Source: Candidatus Multivorans sp.
Lineage (GTDB): Bacteria; Acidobacteriota; Thermoanaerobaculia; Multivoradales; Multivoraceae
Reading direction: 5' to 3'
DNA: 64,000 nucleotides
NCBI GenBank assembly: GCA_965224025.1
Contig: OZ245033.1
Span: 2,048,001-2,112,000 of the forward strand
Made by a program: the position numbers and the translations under genes. Positions 29,231 to 39,100 of the stretch are shown piece by piece; within the stretch, counting starts at the first letter, position 1; each line of letters begins with the position of its first letter. The notes under the pieces were generated by a model. That model did not search any database, was not told where the DNA came from, and saw nothing but the letters and a program-made list of their open reading frames with translations.

Positions 29231-29411
29231 GCCTGCCCAGGGATCGGAGGGGAGGGTCCCAGCGAGGCTGTCGGCAAGCGACGGCCGACGAACTCCCATC
29301 AACCGACGACCAACCGGAGCGCAGCCGACCGCAACGAGCGCCGTCCCTCCATCTTTCCCCGAAGCGCGAGTGGCCGCTGGGACCCTCCCCTCCGATCCCG
29401 ACCGGGCAGGC
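29231..29411. repeat. ~181-bp element with terminal inverted repeat, copy 2
   Basis: Arms 29231-29264 and 29375-29411 pair as 8 bp + internal loop + 25 bp perfect. The interior is shared with 16702-16875. Confidence 0.85.
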
Positions 29412-29469
29412 GGGTGACGCCGCCTTCGCCGCCACGCCGGCGCGGCCGGCGGCGTACACTTGGCGGCCG

Positions 29470-30519
29470 ATGGGGAACGCCTTGGCCCTGGGCCGTCGAT
29501 CGATCCTGCTTGCGCTCGCGGCGGCCGCGGCCGTGGCGGGCTGCGGCGGTGACGGGCGGACGCCGCTGGTCGTCTACTCGCCGCATGGCCGGGATCTGCT
29601 GACGGTCGTCGAGCAGGCGTACGAAGAGGCTCGCCCCGATGTCGATGTCCGCTGGCTCGACATGGGGTCGCAGGAGGTCTACGACCGAATTCGCTCCGAG
29701 CGGGCGAATCCGCAGGCGGACGTGTGGTTCGGGGGACCGGCGACGATCCTGGCGCGGGGCGCCGCCGAGGGCCTGCTGGCGCCGTCCGAGCCTTCGTGGG
29801 CCGACGCTCTCGAGGCCGCCGACCGGCACCCGGAGGGTCTCTACTTCACGCTCTACGAGACGCCGACGATCATCGTCTACAACCGCGACGCGATCAATGC
29901 CGAGGAGGCGCCGGCGGACTGGGACGACCTGCTCGACGAGCGCTGGCACGACGAGATCGTGATCCGCGACCCGCTCGCCAGCGGCACGATGCGGACGATC
30001 TTCGGCAAGATCCTGGCTGATTCGGTGGGCGAGACGGGCAGCACGGAGGCCGGTTTCGACTGGTTGCGCCGGCTGGACGCGCAGACCCGGGAGTACGTGC
30101 ACAGCCCGGCGGTGCTGCACGAGAAGCTGACGCGGCAGGAGGGCGTGCTCACGCTCTGGGAGATGACGGACACGCTGTCCCTGATCGACCGCGGCGCCCC
30201 CGTCGCCTACCGGTTCCCGGAGAGCGGCACGGCCGTGATCCAGGACTCCGTGGGCGTCGTCGCGGGCTCGGAGCACCCGGACGAGGCGGCGGCCTTCGTC
30301 GACTGGCTGGGCTCGCCCGAGGCGCTGGCTTTGGCGGTGCGGGAGGCGTTCCGCCTGCCGGCGCGGGCCGACCTGGACGCGGAGCAGCTCGCGCCCTGGG
30401 TCGCGGACGTGCAGTCGCGGCTGCGCCGGGCCGCGGTCGACTGGCGGATGATCGAGGAGAACGGCAGCGAGTGGATGGCGCAGTGGGACCGGGCCGTTCG
30501 CGGCCAGGGCGGAGGATGA
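29470..30519 (+). CDS. ABC transporter substrate-binding lipoprotein (Fe3+/AfuA-like)
   Basis: Lipobox VAGC, LVVYSPHG, NPQADVWFGG, P.DWDDLL, DPLASGT. Confidence 0.88.
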   Translation: MGNALALGRRSILLALAAAAAVAGCGGDGRTPLVVYSPHGRDLLTVVEQAYEEARPDVDVRWLDMGSQEVYDRIRSERANPQADVWFGGPATILARGAAEGLLAPSEPSWADALEAADRHPEGLYFTLYETPTIIVYNRDAINAEEAPADWDDLLDERWHDEIVIRDPLASGTMRTIFGKILADSVGETGSTEAGFDWLRRLDAQTREYVHSPAVLHEKLTRQEGVLTLWEMTDTLSLIDRGAPVAYRFPESGTAVIQDSVGVVAGSEHPDEAAAFVDWLGSPEALALAVREAFRLPARADLDAEQLAPWVADVQSRLRRAAVDWRMIEENGSEWMAQWDRAVRGQGGG

Positions 30520-31667
30520 GCCCGGCGTCGGGCGTCTCCGTTCGGTTCGACGACGTCTACAAGTCGTTCGACGACACGGTTGTGCTCGCCGGTGTCTCGC
30601 TCGATGTCGAACCCGGTGAGATCTTCGCCCTGCTCGGTCCGAGCGGCAGCGGCAAGACGACCATGCTGCGGCTGCTGGCGGGCTTCGAGCAACTCGATCG
30701 CGGCCGCCTGCTGATCGCGGACGAGCCGGTCGAACACCTGCCGCCCGCCCGCCGCGGCGTGGGCATGCTGTTCCAGAGCTACGCGCTCTTCCCGCACCTG
30801 AGCGTGGCGGAGAACGTGGCCTTCGGGCTCAAGGTCCGCGGCGGCGGGCAGGGCGAGGTCCAGGCGCGCGTGGCCGAGATGCTCGAGCTCGTACGCCTCG
30901 GCGGCTTCGAGTCGAGGCGGATCGCCGAGCTCTCGGGCGGCCAGCAGCAGCGGGTCGCCCTGGCCCGGGCGCTGGCGCCGCGGCCGCGAGTGCTGCTGCT
31001 GGATGAGCCGCTCTCGAACCTCGATCCGGCCCTGCGCGAGGAGACCCGCGCCGACCTGCGTGGTACCGTGAAGCAGACCGGCATCACGACGGTGCTGGTC
31101 ACCCACGAGCAGGAAGAGGCGTTTGAACTCGGCGAGCGGATCGGGCTGCTGAACGGCGGTCTGTTGGAGCAGGTCGCGTCGCCCGCCGCGCTGTACCAGG
31201 ATCCGGCTTCGCGCTTCGTGGCGACGTTCGTTGGCCGCTGCTCCGTGCTGCCGGGGGTGGTCGAAGCGCGGGGCGACGATGGCGTGCTCGAGGTTCGGAT
31301 CGAGTCGCCGGGGGCGCCGGAGGTCTGGCGTTGCCAGGGCGGCGGCGGGATCGAGGCCGGCGACCGGGTCGATGTGTGCGTCCGCCCGGAGGCCCTGGAG
31401 ATCGAGTCGCTTGAGCTGGCGCCTGGCGCGGGAACCGGCTTGAGGGGCAAGATCGAGGTTGAGCGCTACACCGGCAGCAGCAGCTTCTACACCGTTCGGT
31501 TGACCGCTCCGTCCGGTGGGTCCGGGGCCGCGGCGGATTCCGTCACCGTCGAGGTCGCGATGCCCGGCACTGCCGCCGGTCTGCGCGGGGCCTGCGTCGT
31601 GCGACCGGCTGCGCAGGAGCCGCCGCCGCGCGTCTTCGCGGCCGGGTCGACCGGGGCCGAGCCATGA
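30516..31667 (+). CDS. ABC transporter ATP-binding protein
   Basis: GPSGSGKT, LSGGQQQR, LLLDEP. Confidence 0.93.
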   Translation: MSPASGVSVRFDDVYKSFDDTVVLAGVSLDVEPGEIFALLGPSGSGKTTMLRLLAGFEQLDRGRLLIADEPVEHLPPARRGVGMLFQSYALFPHLSVAENVAFGLKVRGGGQGEVQARVAEMLELVRLGGFESRRIAELSGGQQQRVALARALAPRPRVLLLDEPLSNLDPALREETRADLRGTVKQTGITTVLVTHEQEEAFELGERIGLLNGGLLEQVASPAALYQDPASRFVATFVGRCSVLPGVVEARGDDGVLEVRIESPGAPEVWRCQGGGGIEAGDRVDVCVRPEALEIESLELAPGAGTGLRGKIEVERYTGSSSFYTVRLTAPSGGSGAAADSVTVEVAMPGTAAGLRGACVVRPAAQEPPPRVFAAGSTGAEP

Positions 31668-33352
31668 ACCCGGCCAGTCGCGGCCGCGGCTCGGCCCAGT
31701 TCCGGTCGCTGATGCCGTGGCTGGTGCTGGCGTTCCTGGTCTGGCTGGTCGGCTACCCGCTGCTGGTGGTGGCGGCAGAGGCGTTCGGCATCGGCGGTCC
31801 CGGAGCGGACGGCCCGACGACGGAGGCGTTCCGGTCGTTCTTCAGCCGCGCCGACGAGTGGAACGCGATGTGGCGGACGCTGTGGATCTCCGTGCTTTCG
31901 ACACTGGCCGCGGCCGCGGTCGGCGTGCCGCTCGGCTTCCTGTTCGAGCGCAACGAGATTCCGGGCCGGCGCCTGCTCGGCGCCCTGGTCGCGCTGCCGG
32001 TGGCCCTGCCGCCGCTGGTGGGCGTCATCGCGTTTCTCTTTCTCTACGGTGAGAGCGGGCTCGCGGCGCGGGGGCTGCAGACTCTGGGTCTCGACGTGTC
32101 GTGGCGCCTGACCGGGGCCTGGGCGATCCTGCTGGTCCACGCGTACTCGATGTACGTCTACTTCTATTTGTTCACGCGGGCCGGGCTTTCCGGGCAGGAC
32201 GGAGCGGCCATCGAAGCCGCGCAGAGTCTGGGAGCGAGCCGGTCGCAGATCCTGTTCCGCGTGACCCTGCCGCGGCTGCGACCGGCGTTGGCGGGGGCGA
32301 CGCTGCTCACCTTCATGACCTCGCTCGGCTCGTTCTCAGCGCCCTACATCTTCGGCGGCGGCTTTCGCGTGATGACGACGCAGATCGTCGCCTCGAAGCT
32401 GAACGGGGAACTGCGCATGGCCTATGTCGAGACGACCATGCTGGCTCTCCTGGCCTTCGGCTCGCTGTTGCTGCTGCGCCGGATCGATCCGGGCCTGGAC
32501 CTGGCGTCGGGCGCGCGCGGCACCCCGCCGGCGCGCCGGCGCCTGCAGACCCAGCGCGCCCGGATCGCCGCCGCCGCGGGCGGGTGGATCCTGGCTGGTG
32601 TGTTGCTCCTGCCCCATGCGACGTTGATCCTGATGTCGCTCGTGCCTCCGAATACCTGGACCGTGGAGGCGTTTCCGCCGGTGCTCGGCCTGGTCAACTA
32701 CGGCGATCTGCTGTCGTCGGCGGAGCGGCTGCGGCCGGCCCTGAACTCGCTTTGGATGGCCGCCGTCGCGACGCTGGGGGCGGTGGTCGTGGGTGTCCTG
32801 GCGGCGCGGCTGTCGCTTCGCCGTGGCGGCCTGCCCGGGCGGGCGCTCGAGGCGATGATGACCCTGCCGTGGGCGATTCCGGGGACTGTCTTCGCCCTGG
32901 CCCTGGCGGCGGCGATGAGCGTCAACGCGCCCTGGGTAGGTCGCTTCGTGCTCGTGGGCACGCTCTGGATCCTGCCCCTGGCGTACCTGGTCCGCTCGCT
33001 GCCGCTCACCGGCCGTTCGATCTTCGCCGGCTTGCGGCAGCTCGACCCACGCCTGGAGGAGGCCGCGGCGAGTCTCGGCGCCGGCGCCTTGCGAACGGTG
33101 CTGCGGGTCGTGCTCCCGCTGCTGCGGCCGGCGGTGATCGCGGGCGCGGGCCTCGCCTTCATCACCATGCTCGGCGACTTCGTGACCTCGATCGTTCTCT
33201 ACACCTACGACACTCGCCCGATCTCGATCGAGATTCAGTCCAGCCTGCGGATCCAGGAGACCGGCATCGCCGCCGCCTACGGCGTGCTGCTCATGGTGCT
33301 GAGCGCGGCCGCCTTCATCGCCTGGGACGACCGCGCCGGCGGGCGGCTCTGA
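31664..33352 (+). CDS. ABC transporter permease (two EAA domains, FbpB-like)
   Basis: IEAAQSLGAS and LEEAAASLGA. Confidence 0.92.
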   Translation: MNPASRGRGSAQFRSLMPWLVLAFLVWLVGYPLLVVAAEAFGIGGPGADGPTTEAFRSFFSRADEWNAMWRTLWISVLSTLAAAAVGVPLGFLFERNEIPGRRLLGALVALPVALPPLVGVIAFLFLYGESGLAARGLQTLGLDVSWRLTGAWAILLVHAYSMYVYFYLFTRAGLSGQDGAAIEAAQSLGASRSQILFRVTLPRLRPALAGATLLTFMTSLGSFSAPYIFGGGFRVMTTQIVASKLNGELRMAYVETTMLALLAFGSLLLLRRIDPGLDLASGARGTPPARRRLQTQRARIAAAAGGWILAGVLLLPHATLILMSLVPPNTWTVEAFPPVLGLVNYGDLLSSAERLRPALNSLWMAAVATLGAVVVGVLAARLSLRRGGLPGRALEAMMTLPWAIPGTVFALALAAAMSVNAPWVGRFVLVGTLWILPLAYLVRSLPLTGRSIFAGLRQLDPRLEEAAASLGAGALRTVLRVVLPLLRPAVIAGAGLAFITMLGDFVTSIVLYTYDTRPISIEIQSSLRIQETGIAAAYGVLLMVLSAAAFIAWDDRAGGRL

Positions 33353-33380
33353 GTGTTAGCTACATATGGGAGGTATACGC

Positions 33381-34089
33381 ATGAACTTCTCGTTGTCCAC
33401 GCTGTCGGGCAGCACCCTGCTCGAGGCGGCGGGGATGCTGCTGCTCTTTGTCGGCTTCCTGTTTCTGGGTTCGAGGCTCCTGCCCGGACGTCGGGTCGCG
33501 GGGCCGGAACTCGAGGGGGAGTCACGCACCCAAAAGCTCGACGGCCTTGCCCTGTTCCTGGCCACCGTGATCGTGGGAGGTATTGCTCAGGTCTCGGGCT
33601 GGTTCTCCTTTTCCGCGCTGCATACGCATTTTGCCGCTTTGTTCCTGATGGCAAACGAATTCGCCTTTGCTTCTTCCGGCTGGCCCTACTTCGGGGAGCA
33701 CGGGTTCGGGACGCGTCGCCGGGAGCCGGGCGGCGGTTCCTGATGGGTTCGGAGCTCAATCCGACCTGGTTCGGGGTGGATCTGAAGATGTTCAGCTATC
33801 GCCCTTCCCTCGTCGGCCTGGCGCTGTTCAACCTGTCGCTTGCCAGTACGAAACATACGGCAGCCTGATGCTGGCAATGGCTTCGTTCACTCTTACCATC
33901 GGGATAGTATCCTGGGTGCCCTGGGTGCCCTGGGTGCCCTGGGTGCCCTTTCTCGTGCCCGCGTGGCTGGCAGGGCTGTTGTGGCATCGTTCGAGACGTG
34001 ATGACCGCCGCTGCCACGCCAAGTACGGCGAGCTGTGGGAGCGTCACAGGCAGCGGGTGCGTTATTCGGTGCTGCCGTTTGTTTCGTAG
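33381..34089 (+). pseudogene. ERG4/ERG24-like sterol reductase remnant
   Basis: Three frames together give a hydrophobic N-terminus, FLMGSELNP..DLKMFSYRP and LLWHRSRRDDRRCHAKYGELW..RVRYSVLP. The middle of the gene is missing. Confidence 0.75.
33911..33946 (+). repeat. (CCTGGGTGC)x4 tandem repeat
   Basis: Seen directly; encodes WVP x4. Confidence 0.9.
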
Positions 34090-34131
34090 CGCCCGCTTGA
34101 CGATCGAAGAGACAGGGCGTAGGGCTGCCAG

Positions 34132-35304
34132 GTGTCGCGCCTGATCGACCATCGCCTGGCGGCGCTGATGGCGGTCGCTTTCGTGGGCACCCTTGGCGAG
34201 TTTCTGGTCGTTGCGCTTCTCCCCTTCTACGCCCAGCGACACGGCGCGAGTGACTTCAAAGTCGGCGCTCTGGTGTCGGCCTTCGCCCTGGCGGCGATGG
34301 CGGCGGCGCCGCTCTGGGGCCGGCTCGCCGACCGCTCGGGCCGCAGGCCGGCACTGCTGCTCGGTCTCCTGGTGTCGGCTGTGGGCTACGCTCTGTTCGG
34401 CGTGGCGCAGTCGATCGAGTTGCTGCTGCTGAGCCGCTTGGTGCAGGGTGTTGGCGGGGGCACGGTGCCGGTGGTGTTCGCCTACATCGCCGACTCGGTG
34501 ACCGGCGAGCGGCGCGCCGAGGGTGTCGGTTGGGTGACCGCCGTCACCAGCTCCGCGGCGATGATCGGCCCAGCCGTGGGCAGTTTCGCGGCCCAGCTTC
34601 ATCCGGCCGGACCCGGAGGGGTGGCGGCGGCGCTGAGCGTGGCGGCCGCGGTGTTCGCGCGGTCTTGGCTGCCGGAGTCGCGTCCCGAAAGGGCAGAGGA
34701 ACATGCGGAGGACACGCGGTACTCGATCCTGGATGCTGTCGGGCGGGTGGCCGTGCACCCGTTTCGCCCACTGAACCTGCTGATCTGGATCTACGCCGCC
34801 GGACAGGTCGGCATGGCGGGGATGACGGCGATCATCGGCCTCTATCTGGGGCGTCGTTTCGGGGTGGATGAATCGAGCATCGGACTGTTCTTCTTCTATC
34901 TCGGCGGCCTGTCCATCGCTTTCCGCGTGCTCGTCCTGGGCCGGGCGGTTCGGCGCTGGGGCGAGGTCAACGTCTTGCGCGCCGGCGCCGTGAGCTTCGG
35001 CGTTGGGCTGATAGCCATCCCGTTCGCCACCGGGCTGTGGACCCTGGGCGCGGCGGTTTTCCTGGTCCCGCTCGGCACCTCGCTGCTGTTCCCGTGCACG
35101 ACCTCGCAGGTCTCGAAGCGAGCGCCTGGGAGCGGCGTCGTGGCGCAGGTACTGGGCGTCCAGCAGGCCTACGGCAACGCCAGCAAGATCGCCGCGCCCC
35201 TCGTTGCGGCCTACCTGTTCCAGGAGCTGTCGCCGGGGGCGCCGTTCCTGCTGATCGGGGCGGTGCTGATGGCCGCCGCGGTGGTCTCGTTCCGGCTGCG
35301 CTGA
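34132..35304 (+). CDS. MFS transporter (TetA/DHA1-like)
   Basis: Motif A WGRLADRSGRRP and SRLVQG; about 12 TM segments. Confidence 0.9.
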   Translation: MSRLIDHRLAALMAVAFVGTLGEFLVVALLPFYAQRHGASDFKVGALVSAFALAAMAAAPLWGRLADRSGRRPALLLGLLVSAVGYALFGVAQSIELLLLSRLVQGVGGGTVPVVFAYIADSVTGERRAEGVGWVTAVTSSAAMIGPAVGSFAAQLHPAGPGGVAAALSVAAAVFARSWLPESRPERAEEHAEDTRYSILDAVGRVAVHPFRPLNLLIWIYAAGQVGMAGMTAIIGLYLGRRFGVDESSIGLFFFYLGGLSIAFRVLVLGRAVRRWGEVNVLRAGAVSFGVGLIAIPFATGLWTLGAAVFLVPLGTSLLFPCTTSQVSKRAPGSGVVAQVLGVQQAYGNASKIAAPLVAAYLFQELSPGAPFLLIGAVLMAAAVVSFRLR

Positions 35305-35420
35305 GCGAGCAGCATGCGACGACTGGTACCGGTCTTCAATAGAGTGCCGCAGGAACCTCGACGAACTCGGGGGGATCCTGGTAGGACGGCAGGCAAATCG
35401 CCAGAAGGGAGCTCGTCGGC

Positions 35421-35510
35421 ATGGAGAACCGAAGGAACTTCCTGAAGCAGGCGGGCGCGGCCGTCGGCGCGGCGGCGGTGGCGGCGCCGGCGCCGGCGCC
35501 GGCTATCAAC
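35421..35510 (+). pseudogene. Isolated Tat signal-peptide stub
   Basis: MENRRNFLKQAGAAVGAAAVAAPAPAPAI follows an AAGGGAG RBS-like site, with no folded domain before the tRNA terminator. Confidence 0.5.
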
Positions 35511-35578
35511 TGCCAGCACCCAGCGATACGGCGTCGGTGCCGCGTGTCGCTCTACGCAGTTGCGGGGTTAGCCGCGAG

Positions 35579-35604
35579 AAGGGCGCGGCTTTCGCCGCGC
35601 CCTT
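35579..35604 (-). terminator. Hairpin downstream of tRNA
   Basis: AAGGGCGCGGC-TTTC-GCCGCGCCCTT perfect stem; the minus-strand loop is GAAA. Confidence 0.7.
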
Positions 35605-35612
35605 GGAAGACT

Positions 35613-35689
<77 letters not shown>

Positions 35690-35701
35690 TCAGGACCAAG
35701 A

Positions 35702-35730
35702 ATTGTGGCACAGCGGGGGTGAGGTGTCAA
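35702..35730 (-). promoter_or_regulatory. sigma70 promoter of tRNA-fMet
   Basis: Minus strand TTGACA-N17-CACAAT, just upstream of the tRNA. Confidence 0.7.
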
Positions 35731-35810
35731 CCCGTAGCTGGGCGGAGTCGCACCCGTCTCCGGGCGCGTGCTTTCCGGCGACAAATCCGCCCCTCGTATA
35801 GGCTTTGTCC

Positions 35811-36161
35811 GTGTCAGCGACGCCTCCAGACCGGCGCCGGCGGTTGCGGGAGCGCATCGATCGTTGGCGCGAATGGACGCAGCGCTCGCTTCCGACGCTG
35901 ATCGGTGTTGGCTTGATCCTGGTGCTCCTGTTTCTCGCCAAGGCCGGCGCCGAGAACTACTCGGGCCTTGCCGAGCTCGCGGAGCGGGAGGCGGAACTTG
36001 AGATGGAGCTGGAGGAGGCCACGCTGCGGGTCGATAGCCTGAGGCGTACGGTGGTGCTGATGCAGGACGATCCGGTGGTGCTGGAACGGCTGGCGCGCGA
36101 GGAACTGGGCCTGGTGCGACCGGGTGACACGGTCGTGGTCCTGCCGCGGACGGACAACTGA
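35811..36161 (+). CDS. ftsB: Septum formation initiator (FtsB/DivIC family)
   Basis: One TM helix, a coiled coil and LERLAREELGLVRPGD. Confidence 0.8.
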   Translation: MSATPPDRRRRLRERIDRWREWTQRSLPTLIGVGLILVLLFLAKAGAENYSGLAELAEREAELEMELEEATLRVDSLRRTVVLMQDDPVVLERLAREELGLVRPGDTVVVLPRTDN

Positions 36162-36176
36162 TCCGGCCCTGACCCG

Positions 36177-39100
36177 GTGTCCGCGTGGCGTGAACTCCGC
36201 CGCCGCGTTCGCCGCGGCCGGGACTACCGCGAACTCGCTGCGGCCGAGCGTGCGGCGGTCGTCGGTCTGCCGGTGCGCGCGGCCTCGGTGGTGTTCGAGC
36301 TGCTGGCCGAGGATCGTGCCGCGGCCCTGCTCGTGGTCGTGCCGAGCGAAAGCGAGGTGCTGGCCTGGACCGAAGGGACTCGGCTGCTGGGGCGCCGGGA
36401 TGGGGCGCGGGTCGTTCCCTTTCCGTCTCCGGCGCTGACGCCCTATCAGCAGGCCGAGGCCTCGTTGCAGGTGCGCGCCCAGGAAAGCGTCGCCTACGAC
36501 GTCCTGCTCGGCGCTTCACGGGTCACCGTGGTCTGCACGCCCCGGACCCTGTTTCATCGCCTCGCGGAACCGCGGGCGTTCCTGCAGTCGGTCAAAGGTG
36601 TTCGGGTCGGGGAAGACGTTGTTCTCGAGGAACTCCTGACCCACCTGGTTGCCCGCGGCTACCGGCGCGCCGATCTGGTGGCGGCGGTGGGCGCGGTGGC
36701 GCAGCGAGGCGGCGTGTTCGACCTCTTCGCTCCGGGCGAACCGCGGCCGGCGCGGCTCGACCTGTTCGGCGACATGATCGAGAGCATCCATCGTTTCGAT
36801 CTGTCGACGCAGCGCTCCGAGGAGGCAATCGACTCGTTGCGCATCCGGCCCTTGACGCCGTTTGCGGCCGCGCCGGAGCAGGCCGCCGAACTGGCCCTGG
36901 TTCTACTGGAGGAACGAGGCGACGATCTGGCTGAATCGGCCCGCACCCGGTTGCACGAAATGGTGGAGGGAGAGCCCTTTCCGGGCTGGGAGAAGTACCT
37001 CCCTCTGCTGCAGCCGAGCACGAGTCTCGGCGAGGTGATGGAGAACGCCACGGTTGTCGTGGTCGAGCTGGACCGAGTGCGACGGGAGATCGAGCAGCAC
37101 GCCGAGATGCTGTGGGACGAGTACGCGAGACGGTCCGACGACGGCGACATCGCCGCCGAACCGGAACGGTTGACGGTGCCCAGTGCCCAGGTGCTCGATC
37201 TCGTCGAGAACGCGGCTCTCCGGATCGGGGGCGCGTTGGATGAGCGCGCGAAACGGCGAACCCAGGTCGACTTCGGCGCGGTCGAAACGGACATCCTGGT
37301 CGATCAGCTTCCCCGCTTTCCGCGCGAGGTGGAGACCGCCGCGGCGCGCGGCGACGATCTGTGGCTGGTGGCGCGCGTCGGGCGGCACGAGTCGCTTCGC
37401 CAGACGCTCGGCGGCCGTGAGATCGACTGGGATGGAGGCGGCGTGCGGCTGGTCGACGGCGAACTGGCACGGGGTTTCCGGCTTCCGGCAGCCGGGCTCG
37501 CGCTCTTCGGCGAGGGGCAACTCTTCCGGCGCCGGGCGCTGGCGCCCCGGCGCCGCCGGATGGGTCCCTTCGTATCCGGCCTCGGGGATCTGCGGGTCGG
37601 CGAGTTCGTGGTCCACGAGGATCACGGCATAGGCCAGTTCCTGGGACTCAGGACGCTTGAAGGTCCGCCCGGCGACGGGCCTGACGTGGAGGGCTACACA
37701 CCTCGCATGCAGTCGCGGGCGGTCGAGGTCATGGAACTCCTCTATTCGTCGGGCCGCACGCTGCTCCTGCCTCTGACCCGCCTGGACGAGATCGAGCGCT
37801 ACAGCGGCATCGAGGGGCTCGCGCCCCGTCTCGACCAACTGGGCGGCGGCAGTTGGGCGAAGAAGAAGAGCCGGATCAGTCGCAGCCTGAAGGCGATCGC
37901 CACCGATCTGCTGAAGCTCTACGCGGAGCGCCGGCTGGCGCGGGCGGTGCCCATGAACGACGACAGCGACCGTCAACTTCAGTTCGAGGGCGCGTTCAGC
38001 TACGAGGAGACGCCGGATCAACTGGAGGCGGTGAGCACGATCAAGGAGGACCTCGGCCGCGAACAGCCCATGGACCGGCTTCTGTGCGGCGACGTCGGCT
38101 TCGGCAAGACCGAGGTGGCGATGCGGGCGGCGTTCAAGGCGGTGGACAACGGCCTGCAGGTCGCGGTCCTGGCGCCCACGACGATCCTCGCCGATCAGCA
38201 TCTGCGCACATTCCGGCGGCGCTTCCAGGGCTTCGATTTCGAGATCGAGATGGTCTCCCGGTTCCGTTCGGCGGCCCAGGTCAGGAAGATCCGCGAGCGT
38301 TTGGCGGCGGGCGAGATTCACATTCTCATCGGCACCCACCGACTCTTGAGCCGCGACATCGACATGCCATGCCTGGGCCTCGTGATCATCGACGAGGAGC
38401 AGCGCTTCGGAGTCGCCCAGAAGGAGCGCCTGCGTGAGTTGAAACGCAACGTCCACGTGATGGCGATGTCGGCCACGCCGGTGCCGCGCACCCTGCAGTT
38501 GTCGCTGGCGGGGGTGAGGGATCTGTCCCTGATCGAGTCGCCGCCGCGGGATCGGATGGCGGTCGAAACCCGGGTGCTGCCGTTCTCGGGCGACCTCGTC
38601 CGCGAGGCGATCGAGTTCGAGGTCGAGCGCGGCGGCCAGGTGTTCTACGTCTACAACCGGGTCGAGGACATCGAGGGCATGCTCCGCTATCTGCGTGAAC
38701 TCGTGCCGGGGCTTCGGATCACCGTCGGTCACGGTCAGATGGAGGAAGCGGAGCTGGGTCGTCGGATGCGCGCGTTCACGGCCGGCGAGTACGACCTGTT
38801 GCTGGCGACGACGATCATTGAGAACGGGATCGACATTCCCAACGTGAACACGATGCTCGTTCACCGCGCGGATCGCTTCGGTCTGGCCCAGCTCTACCAG
38901 TTGCGGGGCCGGGTGGGCCGCAGCGATCAATTGGGCTACTGCTACCTTCTGGCGCCCCCGGACACGGTGCTTTCGGAGGAGGCGCGCAAGCGACTCGTCT
39001 CTATTCGGGAGTTCGCCGAACTGGGGGCGGGTTTTCGGATTGCGGCTCGTGACCTGGAGATTCGGGGCGCCGGGAACCTGCTTGGCGCGGAACAGAGCGG

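Noticed and set aside
16702-29411. Repeats as a CRISPR array
   Set aside because: There is no regular repeat-spacer periodicity and no cas gene; the copies are dispersed.
37660-37730. Short insertion in the Mfd RNAP-interacting domain
   Set aside because: A low-complexity loop of about 15-20 aa, with no intein or repeat signature.
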